From Candidatus Krumholzibacteriia bacterium (GTDB lineage Bacteria > Krumholzibacteriota > Krumholzibacteriia > WVZY01), in the NCBI GenBank assembly GCA_036478295.1, contig JAZGDW010000141.1, forward strand, positions 1 to 15,823: a DNA stretch of 15,823 nt, written 5' to 3'. Position 1 is the first letter of the stretch; each line of letters starts with the position of its first letter. Under the pieces are notes generated by a model. That model saw only the letters and a list, made by a program, of their open reading frames with translations, was not told the origin of the DNA and did no database searches. This document shows positions 1 to 8,743 of the stretch, piece by piece. A program made the position numbers and the translations under genes.

Positions 1-169
1 CCAGGGCGGGAAATCGGCCGACGCCGTGTTCAAGAGCCAGGGTGAATTTATCCGGAGCGAGACGCTCGCCGTGTCCACCGACAATCGGGAAGCGGACTGG
101 AATGAGCCCACGGAGCTCGAGGCGGCCGGCGAGACCATCCGGCTTTGGATCCGCCGAGAATCTGATTGA
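1..169 (+). CDS. ileS: 3' end of a probable isoleucine--tRNA ligase (type 2), partial
   Basis: Open frame from position 2 reads QGGKSADAVFKSQGEFIRSETLAVSTDNREADWNEPTELEAAGETIRLWIRRESD, stop TGA 167-169. FIRSETLA resembles the type-2 IleRS C-terminus, and ileS-dksA-lspA-rluA is a familiar gene order. Confidence 0.75.
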   Translation, partial: QGGKSADAVFKSQGEFIRSETLAVSTDNREADWNEPTELEAAGETIRLWIRRESD

Positions 170-194
170 CAAGCTACCGGGCCGCTAGTATTTT
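166..194 (+). promoter_or_regulatory. sigma70-like promoter upstream of the DksA-family gene
   Basis: TTGACA 166-171 (overlapping the ileS stop), 17-bp spacer, TATTTT 189-194. Confidence 0.6.
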
Positions 195-251
195 ACTTCC
201 GCTTTCGGGTCATGGCGATGTGCATAACGGGCTAATAAATAAGAGGTTAGC

Positions 252-629
252 ATGAACAAAAAGGAGCGAACCCGTTTCAAGAAACTTATCGAAGCCGAAA
301 GGGAAAGGGTCGCGGGTAAGCTCAGCGTTATCGGCGAAGGAATCTCGGACCGGGCAGCCAGTCAGTCTGCCGGCAATCAGAGTTATTCCAATCATATGGC
401 AGACGTAGGTAGCGACGCGATGGAGCAGGAACAGGCGTTCCAGCACGCCAGTGTCGGCTCCGATTATTTGCGAATGCTGGTGGATGCTCTCAAGCGCATC
501 GAGAAGGGTACGTACGGCGTATGCGAAGTCTGCAACAGCAAGATTCCGGTCAAACGTCTCGAGGCCTACCTGGCGGCGAGGCTCTGCATACAATGCAAGT
601 CCGCGCAGGAGAAGCTCCAAAGGAGCTAG
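252..629 (+). CDS. dksA: TraR/DksA family C4-type zinc finger protein
   Basis: Coiled coil with tip NHMADVGSD, ALKRIEKGTYGVCEVC...RLEA...ARLCIQC zinc finger; SD AGAGG upstream. Confidence 0.9.
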   Translation: MNKKERTRFKKLIEAERERVAGKLSVIGEGISDRAASQSAGNQSYSNHMADVGSDAMEQEQAFQHASVGSDYLRMLVDALKRIEKGTYGVCEVCNSKIPVKRLEAYLAARLCIQCKSAQEKLQRS

Positions 630-631
630 AG

Positions 632-1081
632 TTGGGTTTTCTGCTCCCTGCCCTGATTGTTCTCATCCTTGATCAAGCCACCAAGCAGTTCTTCTGGCAT
701 CTCGGCCGCAACTTCGATGTGATCGATGGATTCTTCCGTGTGACGCTTGTCCGCAATTCCGGCGCCGCGTTCGGCATGCTGCAGGACGGCCGGGTCTTCC
801 TGGTCGCGTCGAGCATTATCGCCTCACTGTTCATCTTGTTCCTTGCGCAGCGCCTGCCAGCCCAGAACCTCGCCCGGCGCGTATTCCTCGGTTTGATCCT
901 GGGCGGTGCACTGGGCAATCTCGTCGACCGTATCTACCCCGGGCAGGTCATTGATTTCATCGACATGGGCATCCCGGCCTATCGCTGGCCCGTCTATAAT
1001 ATAGCCGATTCCGCAGTGACGATAGGCGGACTGTTGCTCGTTCTCAGTGTCACGCGATCCCGTAACGGTGGAGAAGAATAA
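632..1081 (+). CDS. lspA: Lipoprotein signal peptidase II
   Basis: Motifs DQATK, NSGAAFG, GGALGNLVDR, VIDFI, YNIADS. Start re-assigned to TTG 632, after SD AGGAG at 621-625 (ORF track starts at 521). Confidence 0.95.
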   Translation: MGFLLPALIVLILDQATKQFFWHLGRNFDVIDGFFRVTLVRNSGAAFGMLQDGRVFLVASSIIASLFILFLAQRLPAQNLARRVFLGLILGGALGNLVDRIYPGQVIDFIDMGIPAYRWPVYNIADSAVTIGGLLLVLSVTRSRNGGEE

Positions 1082-2072
1082 TCAGGCAAACGTGCTGACC
1101 GTCGGTCCCGAACACGCAGGCCGGCGACTGGATGTGTTTTGCGCATCGCGCATTCCCCTCCTGTCGAGAAACCAGATCCAGAAACTCAACAAAGACGGTG
1201 CGATCGAAGTGGACGGTGTACGGCGCGCCGGCCGTTATCTCCTCAAGGAAGGTGAGATCGTCCGCGTCACGGTACCCATGCGGCGCGACGCGGAACCCCC
1301 GAAGCCCCAGGACATACCGCTCAGAGTTGCGTGGGAAGACGATGATATTATCGTCGTCAACAAAGACCCCGGAGTGGTGGTGCACCCCGCGTACGGCAAC
1401 GAAGAGGGAACCCTGGTGAACGCCATTCTCGGGCGGGGCAGTCAGCTGTCCGCCCTGGGTGGCGCAGACCGCCCAGGAATCGTGCACCGCCTCGACAAGG
1501 AAACATCGGGTCTCATCGTTGTCGCCAAGAGCGATGCCGCCTACCGGGGACTGAACGAGCAGATCCGGGAGGGCGGCTTCCGCAAAGTCTACCATGCCAT
1601 CGTGTGGGGTAATCTCGCCGCGCGCCGACAGACCATAGACGCGCCCATAAGCCGGCATCCCGTCCACCGCAAGAAAATGGCGGTCGCCAAGAGGGGGGGC
1701 AAGTCGGCAATCACGGAGGTGTTCGTGGTAGACAGCTTTGAGTATTTCGACTATATTCGGGTGGTTACCTTGACCGGCAGGACGCACCAGATTCGTGTAC
1801 ATCTGGCGCATGTGGCGCACCCGGTCCTGAGCGACGGCGTTTACGGGGGGCGGCGTAAGAAAGGCCTTCCTTCTAACATAAAGACTCGAAACTTCATTGG
1901 CTCGCTTCAGAAATCGATGCCGCGGCACGCCCTGCACGCGTCAACACTTTCATTTGTGCATCCGGGGTCGGGCGAACAGTTGAAATTCGTGACCACGCTA
2001 CCTGAAGACATGCGGCTGACGTTAGAGAGGTTGCATCGGGAAAACCTGGTTCAAGGAGGTGCGAGAAATTGA
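1068..2072 (+). CDS. rluD: RluA/RluD family 23S rRNA pseudouridine synthase with N-terminal S4 domain
   Basis: RLD S4 motif, VVNKDPGVVVHP, RPGIVHRLDKETSG (catalytic Asp), TGRTHQIRVH, RHALHA. Start uncertain (GTG 1047 or 1068). Confidence 0.93.
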   Translation: MEKNNQANVLTVGPEHAGRRLDVFCASRIPLLSRNQIQKLNKDGAIEVDGVRRAGRYLLKEGEIVRVTVPMRRDAEPPKPQDIPLRVAWEDDDIIVVNKDPGVVVHPAYGNEEGTLVNAILGRGSQLSALGGADRPGIVHRLDKETSGLIVVAKSDAAYRGLNEQIREGGFRKVYHAIVWGNLAARRQTIDAPISRHPVHRKKMAVAKRGGKSAITEVFVVDSFEYFDYIRVVTLTGRTHQIRVHLAHVAHPVLSDGVYGGRRKKGLPSNIKTRNFIGSLQKSMPRHALHASTLSFVHPGSGEQLKFVTTLPEDMRLTLERLHRENLVQGGARN

Positions 2073-2413
2073 AATTCAGTCGGCGTGATGTTGAAGGAGC
2101 CGTGGCGATTGATATCAAAGGCAAGCTGACCGGTGGCCCGGAGGCGGAGACGTTTCGTGAAATGTTCAAAGACCTGGTGGAGAAGGGCCAAAAGGACGTT
2201 ATCCTCAACCTCAAAGAGGTAGACTGGATTGCGAGTACCGGTATCGGCATCATGATCCGGGGGTACAAGACGATCGCCGAGGCCGGCGGCCGCTTCATTC
2301 TCGTCAACGTTGGAGAGAGAACCCAGCAGGTTTTCAACGTGATGCGGCTCTACGACATTTTTGAAATTCTGGATACGGAAGAAGAGGCTATCAAGAGCAT
2401 TGCCGGATCCTGA
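2069..2413 (+). CDS. STAS-domain anti-sigma factor antagonist (RsbV/SpoIIAA-like), copy 1
   Basis: 114 aa; ILNLKEVDWIASTGIG retains the phospho-acceptor Ser position; TTG start after SD AGGAGG. Confidence 0.92.
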   Translation: MKFSRRDVEGAVAIDIKGKLTGGPEAETFREMFKDLVEKGQKDVILNLKEVDWIASTGIGIMIRGYKTIAEAGGRFILVNVGERTQQVFNVMRLYDIFEILDTEEEAIKSIAGS

Positions 2414-2516
2414 CGCTGGGGTTCGGCCTCGCCCGCCTGGGTGTGGTTGGACGGTGGTGCGGCAGGAGCCCGTAGCTCGCCAGGCGCCGCGCTTGCTATT
2501 CTAAGGAGGAACAAGA

Positions 2517-2867
2517 TTGAAGGTTAACCAGAGAGAAGTCCATGGGGCGGCGGTTCTGGAACTGAACGGCAAGCTGACCGGTGGCCCGGAGGCGGAGACG
2601 TTTCGCGAGCTCTTCAAGACGCTGGTCGATCAGGGCAAACGCAATATCATCATCAACCTCAAGAAGGTGGACTGGATCAACAGTACCGGCCTCGGGATCC
2701 TGATTGCCGGACATTCAACGGTCCGCAAGGCGGGCGGCGAGCTCGTTCTGTGCAACGTTGGCGACAGGATCGACAGTATCCTCTATGTCACCAAGCTCAA
2801 CCTGTTGTTTCCCGCGTTCGAGGACGAAGAAGCTGCAGCCGACCACTTCAGGAAAGAAACAGAGTAG
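2517..2867 (+). CDS. STAS-domain anti-sigma factor antagonist (RsbV/SpoIIAA-like), copy 2
   Basis: 116 aa; IINLKKVDWINSTGLG; TTG start after SD AAGGAGG; clear paralog of 2069-2413. Confidence 0.92.
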   Translation: MKVNQREVHGAAVLELNGKLTGGPEAETFRELFKTLVDQGKRNIIINLKKVDWINSTGLGILIAGHSTVRKAGGELVLCNVGDRIDSILYVTKLNLLFPAFEDEEAAADHFRKETE

Positions 2868-2889
2868 TTTGCGGAGATTAGTTCGCACC

Positions 2890-3336
2890 ATGGCCGTTCG
2901 CCAAGAGAAGATGGAGTTCAGCATCCCCAGTGACTTCAAGTTTCTGGGCGCCGTGGACGCGGCCGTTCAGGATCTGGCCCGGGAGTTGTCCTGCGGGCAA
3001 AGATGGATCAACGATTTTAGCACCGCGCTGGTCGAGGCCTGTTCCAACGCCATCGAGCATGGTAATCAGTATGACAAGGGTAAGGCGGTGCGCGTAGTCA
3101 TTTGCTTGAATGGACACAGGCTCATCGCACGCGTGCAGGACGAGGGGAACGGTTTCAACTACGACGATTATCTCTCCGACGCGACTCCGCCTGATCCTCT
3201 CAGCGAGCGGGGCCGCGGTATACTTATAATGAGGGCCTTCACGGATGAGTTGACCTTCAGCCGGCGCTCCGGCGGCGGGGTTTGCGTCGAGCTCGTGAAG
3301 GACTGTGAAGACGGCTCGCCCTCGTCGCAAGCCTGA
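2890..3336 (+). CDS. RsbW/SpoIIAB-like anti-sigma factor Ser kinase (HATPase_c_2)
   Basis: N-box EACSNAIEHGN, G1 VQDEGNGF, G2 ERGRGILIM. Start likely ATG 2890 or 2911. Confidence 0.9.
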   Translation: MAVRQEKMEFSIPSDFKFLGAVDAAVQDLARELSCGQRWINDFSTALVEACSNAIEHGNQYDKGKAVRVVICLNGHRLIARVQDEGNGFNYDDYLSDATPPDPLSERGRGILIMRAFTDELTFSRRSGGGVCVELVKDCEDGSPSSQA

Positions 3337-3463
3337 CGATAACGGTAGCTTCCACCGTTCTTCCCGCACGCACGCCGCTTCCGCCAGCGCGGGAACCTTT
3401 GGGTTCGACCACGCGTATTTATTATAACAGGCTCCTGTCCGCCCCTGATCCCCCGGAGTATTC

Positions 3464-5728
3464 ATGGGTGTGCCGTTCACACTTCTGCTGTCCGTGTTCT
3501 ACCTGGCAAGCGGCATTTTCCTTTTCTTGCTGGGTCTGACCATCCTGAGAACGGGGAACAACAGTGCTCCCACCCGCGCCACCGCCTTGATTTTGTTCTT
3601 CGCTGGCGTGGGACCGATCCTTAGTGCGTCCAGCATTATTCTGCAGGGCAGCCTGAAACAGGACGCGGTCGTTTACCGGTCGATGGTGGATAACTTCGAG
3701 TACCTCTGGGAATTCTACTTTCCGGCGCTGTTGTGGTTTTCGTTGACCTTTCCCAGGCAGAAGAGGTTCTTCACCAATTTTGTGTTCGTCGGTGTGCTGG
3801 TCTTCGCGCCGTACGTGTTTCACCTCGCGATGATTATGGGCGGTGACGGCTTCTCGAGAACGATTATGAACATCGCGGACAACGTGCAGCTGTCGAGAGA
3901 GTTCTCGATAGCTGGGAGGACCGTGTCCCTGTCCCGCCTGGGCGATGTTATCTCTGCCATCTTCTCCACGCTGCTCAACCTGCACAAGCAGTTGTTCCTG
4001 CTCGTGAACATCCTCTACGCGTCCGCGGCGGCCGCAGTGCTCTTTCGCAGCATGAAGCTCCATATCAATCCGCGTATCACCGGCCAGCTGAGGACCGTGC
4101 TCATTGGACTGACGGTGAGTATCGGCGGTTATACGCTCGCCAAGGTGATGCCACTGCTTCCGGGACCGCTCACCTCGGAGACCATCAGCCTCGCCTTGAT
4201 CAACTTCGCCCTGGTGGCCGGTGGGGGATCGGTCGCGTGGGTCTTGATTCGCCAGCAGTTCCTCGGCATCCGCTATGTGACCCGCCGTGCCGTGTTGTAC
4301 GGGGGCGCCGCGCTGGTGTTCGCCGTGGTCTATCTCATTGTAGTCAAACCGGTGAGTGATTTTTTTGGACAGTACACTGTGGCGGGCAAGGAGGCCTTCG
4401 AGACCGGTTTCATTATTCTGACCATCATCGCGTTTCAGCCGGTGTTCTTCCGCATCGAGGAGGTTCTCGAGCGCGCGCTGCTGAAGGGCAGGGATGACCT
4501 GCAGACAAAATTCAGGGAGTTGGGTAGCGAGATCTCAAACGTCGTCACCGAGGAAGAGCTGGAACGCCGTTTGGGGGACGGCATTCGTCAGATTCTCGAC
4601 GCCACCGACGTCAAGATATACCTGAACGGCGATGAGCACAGGTTCGAGCAGCTGGCACCGATCCTCGAGGAGATCGGTGAGCCGATCCTCCGGCAGGAGC
4701 TTCTCGACCTCGGCGAAAAGGGACGGTTGCCCGGCCAGGCGGAGACGGAGAAGCCGCGTGACAAGGCCCAGGCGAAGAGAAAATCCAGGGAACGATTGGA
4801 GGCGGCCAGCAAGCTGGCGGGCGGCGACGAAGTGCTGGTGCCCATCCTGCGGGACCGCCGGTGCGCGGGTTTCGTGGCGCTGGGCGAGAAGACGTACGGG
4901 CTCAAGTACGAAGAGGAAGAGCTGGGATTCCTGTCCGTAATCGCGAACCAGGTCGGGGTGGCGTTGGACAATGTCCGTCTGCTGCGTGAAAACGTGGAGA
5001 AGAAAGTGATCGACAAAGAGCTGCAGATGGCCCGGCGCATCCAGTCGCAGCTGCTGCCCTCGGGGTCGCCGGAGATACCGGGCTACCAGCTGAGCGCAAC
5101 GACCATCCCAAGTCGATACGTGGCTGGAGATTACTATGATTTTCGGGTCCTCGACGACACCAGTCTGGTGCTGGTGGTGGCGGATGTTTCGGGCAAGGGT
5201 ATTCCCGCGTCACTGCTGATGGCGACTCTGCGGGCGGCGGTCAACTCGAACCAGGATGCCAGAAACCAGCCGGCGGCCATGTTGCGGCGGATAAACACTC
5301 TCCTCTACGAGAGCACGTCGCCGGAGGAGTTCGCGACCGTTTTTTATAGTGTGGTCGATTTGAGAAGCGGTGAGATAAGATACGCCAACGCCGGGCACGA
5401 ATTTCCTTATCTGCGCGCGGACGGACGGCTCGAACGGTTGGACGAAAGCGGGTTGGTGCTGGGCTGCGTTCTGGATTTTCCCTATGAAGAGAAATCGTGC
5501 AAGCTGCCTAACGGCGGATCGCTCATTTTGTTCACCGACGGTATGACGGACGCGGTCGCGAGCAGCGGCGAGAACTTCGGGGAGGATCGACTGCGACGGG
5601 CGATCGACTCCAATCACGACAAGGATTCCTCCGCTCTATGTGCGGCGCTCCTCGAGGAAGTGCGGGACTTCTCTCGCGGCGGCGACTACAACGACGACCT
5701 GACGCTGGTCGTGCTCAAACGCGAATGA
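3464..5728 (+). CDS. Membrane-bound GAF + PP2C/SpoIIE Ser phosphatase (RsbU-like)
   Basis: Multi-TM N-terminus; GAF-like segment (VLVPILRD...GFVALGEK...LSVIANQVGVALDN); ELQMARRIQ, AGDYYDF, VADVSGKG, YANAGH, FTDG, DDLTLVV. Confidence 0.93.
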   Translation: MGVPFTLLLSVFYLASGIFLFLLGLTILRTGNNSAPTRATALILFFAGVGPILSASSIILQGSLKQDAVVYRSMVDNFEYLWEFYFPALLWFSLTFPRQKRFFTNFVFVGVLVFAPYVFHLAMIMGGDGFSRTIMNIADNVQLSREFSIAGRTVSLSRLGDVISAIFSTLLNLHKQLFLLVNILYASAAAAVLFRSMKLHINPRITGQLRTVLIGLTVSIGGYTLAKVMPLLPGPLTSETISLALINFALVAGGGSVAWVLIRQQFLGIRYVTRRAVLYGGAALVFAVVYLIVVKPVSDFFGQYTVAGKEAFETGFIILTIIAFQPVFFRIEEVLERALLKGRDDLQTKFRELGSEISNVVTEEELERRLGDGIRQILDATDVKIYLNGDEHRFEQLAPILEEIGEPILRQELLDLGEKGRLPGQAETEKPRDKAQAKRKSRERLEAASKLAGGDEVLVPILRDRRCAGFVALGEKTYGLKYEEEELGFLSVIANQVGVALDNVRLLRENVEKKVIDKELQMARRIQSQLLPSGSPEIPGYQLSATTIPSRYVAGDYYDFRVLDDTSLVLVVADVSGKGIPASLLMATLRAAVNSNQDARNQPAAMLRRINTLLYESTSPEEFATVFYSVVDLRSGEIRYANAGHEFPYLRADGRLERLDESGLVLGCVLDFPYEEKSCKLPNGGSLILFTDGMTDAVASSGENFGEDRLRRAIDSNHDKDSSALCAALLEEVRDFSRGGDYNDDLTLVVLKRE

Positions 5729-5733
5729 CCTGG

Positions 5734-5783
5734 GGGGACTGCGCGGCGTCGACGTCGCCAAGACGTCGATACCCCGCAGCCCC
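5734..5783 (+). other. Long GC-rich intergenic stem-loop without U-tract
   Basis: GGGG-A-CTGCG...TCGACGTC-gccaa-GACGTCGA...CGCAG-CCCC, between the phosphatase stop and the ruvX SD. Confidence 0.6.
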
Positions 5784-5801
5784 ATGCGAAAGAAGGAGCG
5801 C

Positions 5802-6209
5802 ATGCGCATTCTAGGCATTGACCCCGGCGATCGCCGGATTGGGCTCTCCGTCAGCGACGAGACGGGTATCATCGCCCAGGGTCTCGACACGTTTGACAAG
5901 CGGAACGGGATCGATTTTCTTGTGTATATATCGGATTTGACGCGCACTTACGACGTGTCGGAAATCGTGATCGGTGACCCTGTTCTGCTCTCCGGCCGGA
6001 GGGGAGAATCGAGCGACAAAGCCAAGGCGCTGGCCGGGAAATTGCGGAGGAGGTTCGATATCCCGGTGACGCTGTGGGATGAGCGCCTGTCGAGCTCGGA
6101 GGCCAGGCGGGTGTTGCGAGGTTCCAAGAGCGACAAGGGTACAGTGGACAAGCTGGCGGCGGTGATCATCCTGCAAAGCTACCTGGATTATCGGAGGAAC
6201 GCTGAGTGA
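5802..6209 (+). CDS. ruvX: YqgF/RuvX family nuclease (pre-16S rRNA processing)
   Basis: MRILGIDPGDRRIGLSVSD, WDERLSS, VDKLAAVIILQSYLD; ATG 5802 after SD AAGGAG 5793-5798. Confidence 0.93.
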   Translation: MRILGIDPGDRRIGLSVSDETGIIAQGLDTFDKRNGIDFLVYISDLTRTYDVSEIVIGDPVLLSGRRGESSDKAKALAGKLRRRFDIPVTLWDERLSSSEARRVLRGSKSDKGTVDKLAAVIILQSYLDYRRNAE

Positions 6210-7213
6210 TCCGAAAACTCGTGTTCGGCGGTGCGCTGCTGCTCCTGCTGTCAGTCGGGTTCGGGGCCTTTGTTATAATGAGAGGTCTCTACCAGCGACC
6301 TGACGGGACCGGAGTGGAGCCCGTTCTTTTTACCGTCAAGAGCGGGGAATCGTTCTCAGGCGTCACACGGCGCCTGCAAGCGCAGGGGCTCATTGTCCGC
6401 AGGCGTCCACTCGTTGTTTATGCGTGGTTGCGGCGGCTCGATCGCCGGATTGCGGCCGGCACCTATCTGCTGGCCCCGGGGACGACTCCAAAAGATATCT
6501 TGTACAAGCTGGAGAACGGAGATGTCCACAAGGTGCCGGTTACCATTCCGGAAGGTTTTATGCACCGGCAAATCGCGGGCGTGCTGGCGGCCAGGACCGA
6601 CGTGGATTCCACCGCCTTTGCCAACCTGCTGACCGATTCGCTGATCCTTGCCGAGTTTGGCATTGACGGGCCCTCACTGGAGGGCTACCTCTTTCCGGAC
6701 ACCTACCTCATCCCGTGGGGGGCGGCGCTGCCGGAGATCGTAGGCGCCATGGTTCGAAGGCTCGGAGAGGTTTTTGATGGCAACCTGCGGCAACGCGCCG
6801 AAGAGCTGGGCATGACCCGCCGCGAGGTGCTGACGCTGGCCTCTATTGTAGAGGCGGAAACCCGGTTGCCGAAAGAGCTGCCACTCGTGGCGGCCGTATA
6901 TCATAACCGGCTCAAAAGGGGAATGAGGCTGGAAGCCGACCCCACAGTGGCCTACGCGATGGGCGGATACAAGGGCCGGTTGCTGTTCAAGGATCTGACA
7001 ATCGACTCGCCGTACAACACCTATAAACACGGCGGGCTGCCGCCGGGACCGATATGCAACCCTGGAGGAGCGGCAATCCAGGCGACGCTCAATCCAGACC
7101 CGGCGTGCAAGGCGATCTATTTTGTGGCTGAGGGCAACGGCAGACACATCTTCTCCTTGAACCTGCACGATCATCTTGCCGCGGTGCGCAAGGTGAGGCG
7201 TAGTCGTCGGTAG
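6206..7213 (+). CDS. mltG: Endolytic transglycosylase MltG (YceG)
   Basis: N-terminal TM; VTIPEG, LEGYLFPDTY, LASIVEAE, NRLKRGMRLEADPT, SPYNTY, GLPPGPICNPG. Confidence 0.96.
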   Translation: MIRKLVFGGALLLLLSVGFGAFVIMRGLYQRPDGTGVEPVLFTVKSGESFSGVTRRLQAQGLIVRRRPLVVYAWLRRLDRRIAAGTYLLAPGTTPKDILYKLENGDVHKVPVTIPEGFMHRQIAGVLAARTDVDSTAFANLLTDSLILAEFGIDGPSLEGYLFPDTYLIPWGAALPEIVGAMVRRLGEVFDGNLRQRAEELGMTRREVLTLASIVEAETRLPKELPLVAAVYHNRLKRGMRLEADPTVAYAMGGYKGRLLFKDLTIDSPYNTYKHGGLPPGPICNPGGAAIQATLNPDPACKAIYFVAEGNGRHIFSLNLHDHLAAVRKVRRSRR

Positions 7214-7232
7214 TGAAAGGTATTCGTTTAGA

Positions 7233-8120
7233 ATGACACGTGAACCCGCCACACCAGATACCGGGCCGATAGTTCCGGCGGAGCTCGAAGTGCATTACGC
7301 AAAGTTGCGTGACGTTGTGGAAAGCTATGGTTCCATGGTGGTGGCCTATTCCGGAGGCGTGGATTCCGGTCTGCTGGCTTGGGTGGCGCATGACGTGCTG
7401 GGCGGGCGGCGGGCGCTGCCCGTGATTGCCGTCTCGCCTTCGCTGCCGCAGCGTGAGAAACATGCGGCGCTTGACTTCCTTCTGCGGCACGGGATTCCCT
7501 GGGAAGAGGTGGCTACGGGCGAGATGGCGGACGAGAACTATGTAAAAAACAACCCGGACCGCTGTTATTTTTGCAAGAGCGAGCTGTTCGTGCGACTGAA
7601 CCGACTGGCGCAAAGTCGAGGCTATGCGTGCATCGCGTACGGTGCGAATGTGGATGACCTTGGCGACTACCGGCCCGGTGCGCTTGCGGCCAGGGAACAG
7701 CGCGTCGTTTCACCACTCGTGGAGGCGGGGTTGACCAAGCGGCGGGTAAGGGCTTTGGCCAGGGTTCTGGGGCTCTCGCTGTGGGATAAACCCGCCGCGC
7801 CGTGTCTGGCATCACGGATCCCGTACTTCGACCAGGTTACCGGCCACAAACTGGAGCAGATCGAGAGATCGGAAAACATCCTCAAAGATCTGGGCTTCGA
7901 AGTCTGTCGCGTACGCCACCACGGCGAGACGGCCCGCATCGAAGTGCCTCGCGACGAGCATGAACGGCTGCTGCGAGACGACAACTGGGCGCGGGTGGTG
8001 ACCGAGCTCGGACGGATCGGGTTTCGGCGGGTCACACTGCACGGGGACGGTTTCCGGAGCGGGCGGTTGAACCAGTCGCTGGCGCCCGGGCGCGCGGCCG
8101 GCGGGCGAGGAAGCGATTGA
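7233..8120 (+). CDS. larE: LarE-family ATP-dependent sulfur transferase (PP-loop)
   Basis: AYSGGVDS PP-loop, NPDRCYFCK, DDLGDYRPG, WDKPAAPCLASRIPY, RVRHHG, GFRSG. Confidence 0.93.
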   Translation: MTREPATPDTGPIVPAELEVHYAKLRDVVESYGSMVVAYSGGVDSGLLAWVAHDVLGGRRALPVIAVSPSLPQREKHAALDFLLRHGIPWEEVATGEMADENYVKNNPDRCYFCKSELFVRLNRLAQSRGYACIAYGANVDDLGDYRPGALAAREQRVVSPLVEAGLTKRRVRALARVLGLSLWDKPAAPCLASRIPYFDQVTGHKLEQIERSENILKDLGFEVCRVRHHGETARIEVPRDEHERLLRDDNWARVVTELGRIGFRRVTLHGDGFRSGRLNQSLAPGRAAGGRGSD

Positions 8121-8155
8121 CAACCGGGCCTCACGGGGCGAGTATTGTCGAGTGT

Positions 8156-8164
8156 TGTTATAAT
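8156..8164 (+). promoter_or_regulatory. Extended -10 promoter upstream of the small ORF and tRNA
   Basis: TG-t-TATAAT at 8156-8164. Confidence 0.5.
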
Positions 8165-8178
8165 GAGGGGCTCCTGAG

Positions 8179-8349
8179 GTGCAAAGCAAAAGCAAGACCG
8201 GATCCTTTAAGTTCAAGTGGAAGATCTTCGCCGCCGGAATCGTGTCCATTGTAGCGGGGTACGTGTTTCTGGCGGGCAACGACATTACCATCGCGCCGCT
8301 GCTGTTGGTCCTGGGCTACTGCGTGCTGGTTCCCCTGTCCTTCTTGTAA
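8179..8349 (+). CDS. Small two-TM membrane protein, DUF3098-like (56 aa; absent from ORF track)
   Basis: GTG start after GAGGGG 8165-8170; MQSKSKTGSFKFKWKIFAAGIVSIVAGYVFLAGNDITIAPLLLVLGYCVLVPLSFL*: basic N-terminus, two hydrophobic helices, APxLLVLGY. Confidence 0.78.
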   Translation: MQSKSKTGSFKFKWKIFAAGIVSIVAGYVFLAGNDITIAPLLLVLGYCVLVPLSFL

Positions 8350-8368
8350 GATTCCAAGCGGCAAGTTT

Positions 8369-8444
8369 GGGCGAATAGCTCAGTTGGGAGAGCGCCTGCC
8401 TTACACGCAGGAGGTCACAGGTTCAAGCCCTGTTTCGCCCACCA
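8369..8444 (+). tRNA. tRNA-Val (anticodon TAC)
   Basis: 76 nt; acceptor GGGCGAA/TTCGCCC with encoded ACCA; D arm GCTC..GAGC; anticodon arm CCTGC-CTTACAC-GCAGG; T loop GGTTCAAG. Confidence 0.98.
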
Positions 8445-8584
8445 TTCCTTGACATTTGTCACCTCACCGGCTGCGGGTTCTCGGCAATATTCCGGTATAT
8501 CCGACGCACCGCGGTGCCCTGAACAAAGGGCTGTTTTTGGCGTGCCCGATGTCCATAATCAGCTTGCGGGCGCCGATTTGGGTG

Positions 8585-8614
8585 TTGACAACGGCCCGTC
8601 CACTGTGATAGTAT
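8585..8614 (+). promoter_or_regulatory. sigma70-like promoter of the dockerin-like gene
   Basis: TTGACA 8585-8590, 18-bp spacer, TG-a-TAGTAT (-10 at 8609-8614). Confidence 0.65.
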
Positions 8615-8743
8615 CTACAGCTGTCGAGTAAGGCGTGCAAATGCCTCTGGTGGAAGGAAGAGAGACCTACCCCTGAGCTTCTTTCCCAAACAGGTGGTCT
8701 GCACCTGTCTTCAAGTGCATCCAAACTTTTTGGAGGTGTACGA

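Noticed and set aside
8449..8454. TTGACA just after the tRNA as a promoter
   Set aside because: No -10-like hexamer at 16-18 bp.
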